Assembly: GCA_963832165.1 (NCBI GenBank)
Contig: CAWHTE010000003.1
Location: 64,001 to 128,000 of the forward strand
From: an uncultured delta proteobacterium
GTDB lineage: Bacteria; Myxococcota_A; UBA9160; SMWR01
DNA length: 64,000 nucleotides
Direction of reading: 5' to 3'
Shown here piece after piece: positions 63,872-64,000 of the stretch. Every line of letters begins with the position of its first letter. Within the stretch, counting starts at the first letter, position 1. The notes beneath the pieces were generated by a model that worked only from the letters and a program-made list of their open reading frames with translations, searched no databases and had not been told where the DNA came from. The position numbers and the translations under genes are program-made.

Positions 63872-63940
63872 AACGACCGTTTCAGGGTCGTTTGGTTAGA
63901 TAACCAAATCATCTTTTCTGGCAATTAGTTAGGTACCTAA
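63872..63940. promoter_or_regulatory. AT-rich region with clustered palindromes (operator-like)
   Basis: AACGACC/GGTCGTT (63872-63892), TTTGGTTA-GA-TAACCAAA (63891-63908), TTAGGTACCTAA (63929-63940). Confidence 0.45.
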
Positions 63941-64000
63941 TCAGCCGTTGGTGTTAATCTGCGTCGCCATCCGGGGGGACGAGGGGGGACAGGCACCTTC

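Overview
High-GC bacterial chromosomal window with about 57 genes. A Myxococcota/deltaproteobacterial-type organism is a guess, based on the PEP-CTERM proteins, the large Ser/Thr kinase and the lipid-metabolism genes. No rRNA, tRNA or CRISPR array was recognised. Many conserved genes (elp3, cstA, clpB, a large exbB, WS/DGAT, an SLC13 transporter, the kinase, an ABC permease) are broken by single-base frameshifts, which points to an unpolished long-read assembly rather than true pseudogenes. Recognisable modules are a MacB-type ABC exporter with three permeases, pntAb-pntB, livKHMGF, cstA, a TtpC-type TonB/ExbB/ExbD operon, an ECF41-like sigma factor, an MMPL transporter, clpB and four PEP-CTERM proteins. 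The strongest novel signals are: (1) a bacterial Elp3 head-to-head with a methyltransferase bearing Trm9/ALKBH8 motifs and a SPOUT 2'-O-methyltransferase, a candidate eukaryote/archaea-like mcm5U(m)34 tRNA wobble pathway; (2) a dispersed 31-39 bp element built from covarying GNA-loop mini-hairpins, found twice between genes and once in frame inside the MMPL gene, in a window that also carries a RAYT-type HUH transposase; (3) a membrane-anchored wHTH regulator / YjbQ / B12-radical-SAM unit with 11-bp phased boxes; (4) a G-U-rich structured leader in front of the TonB operon.
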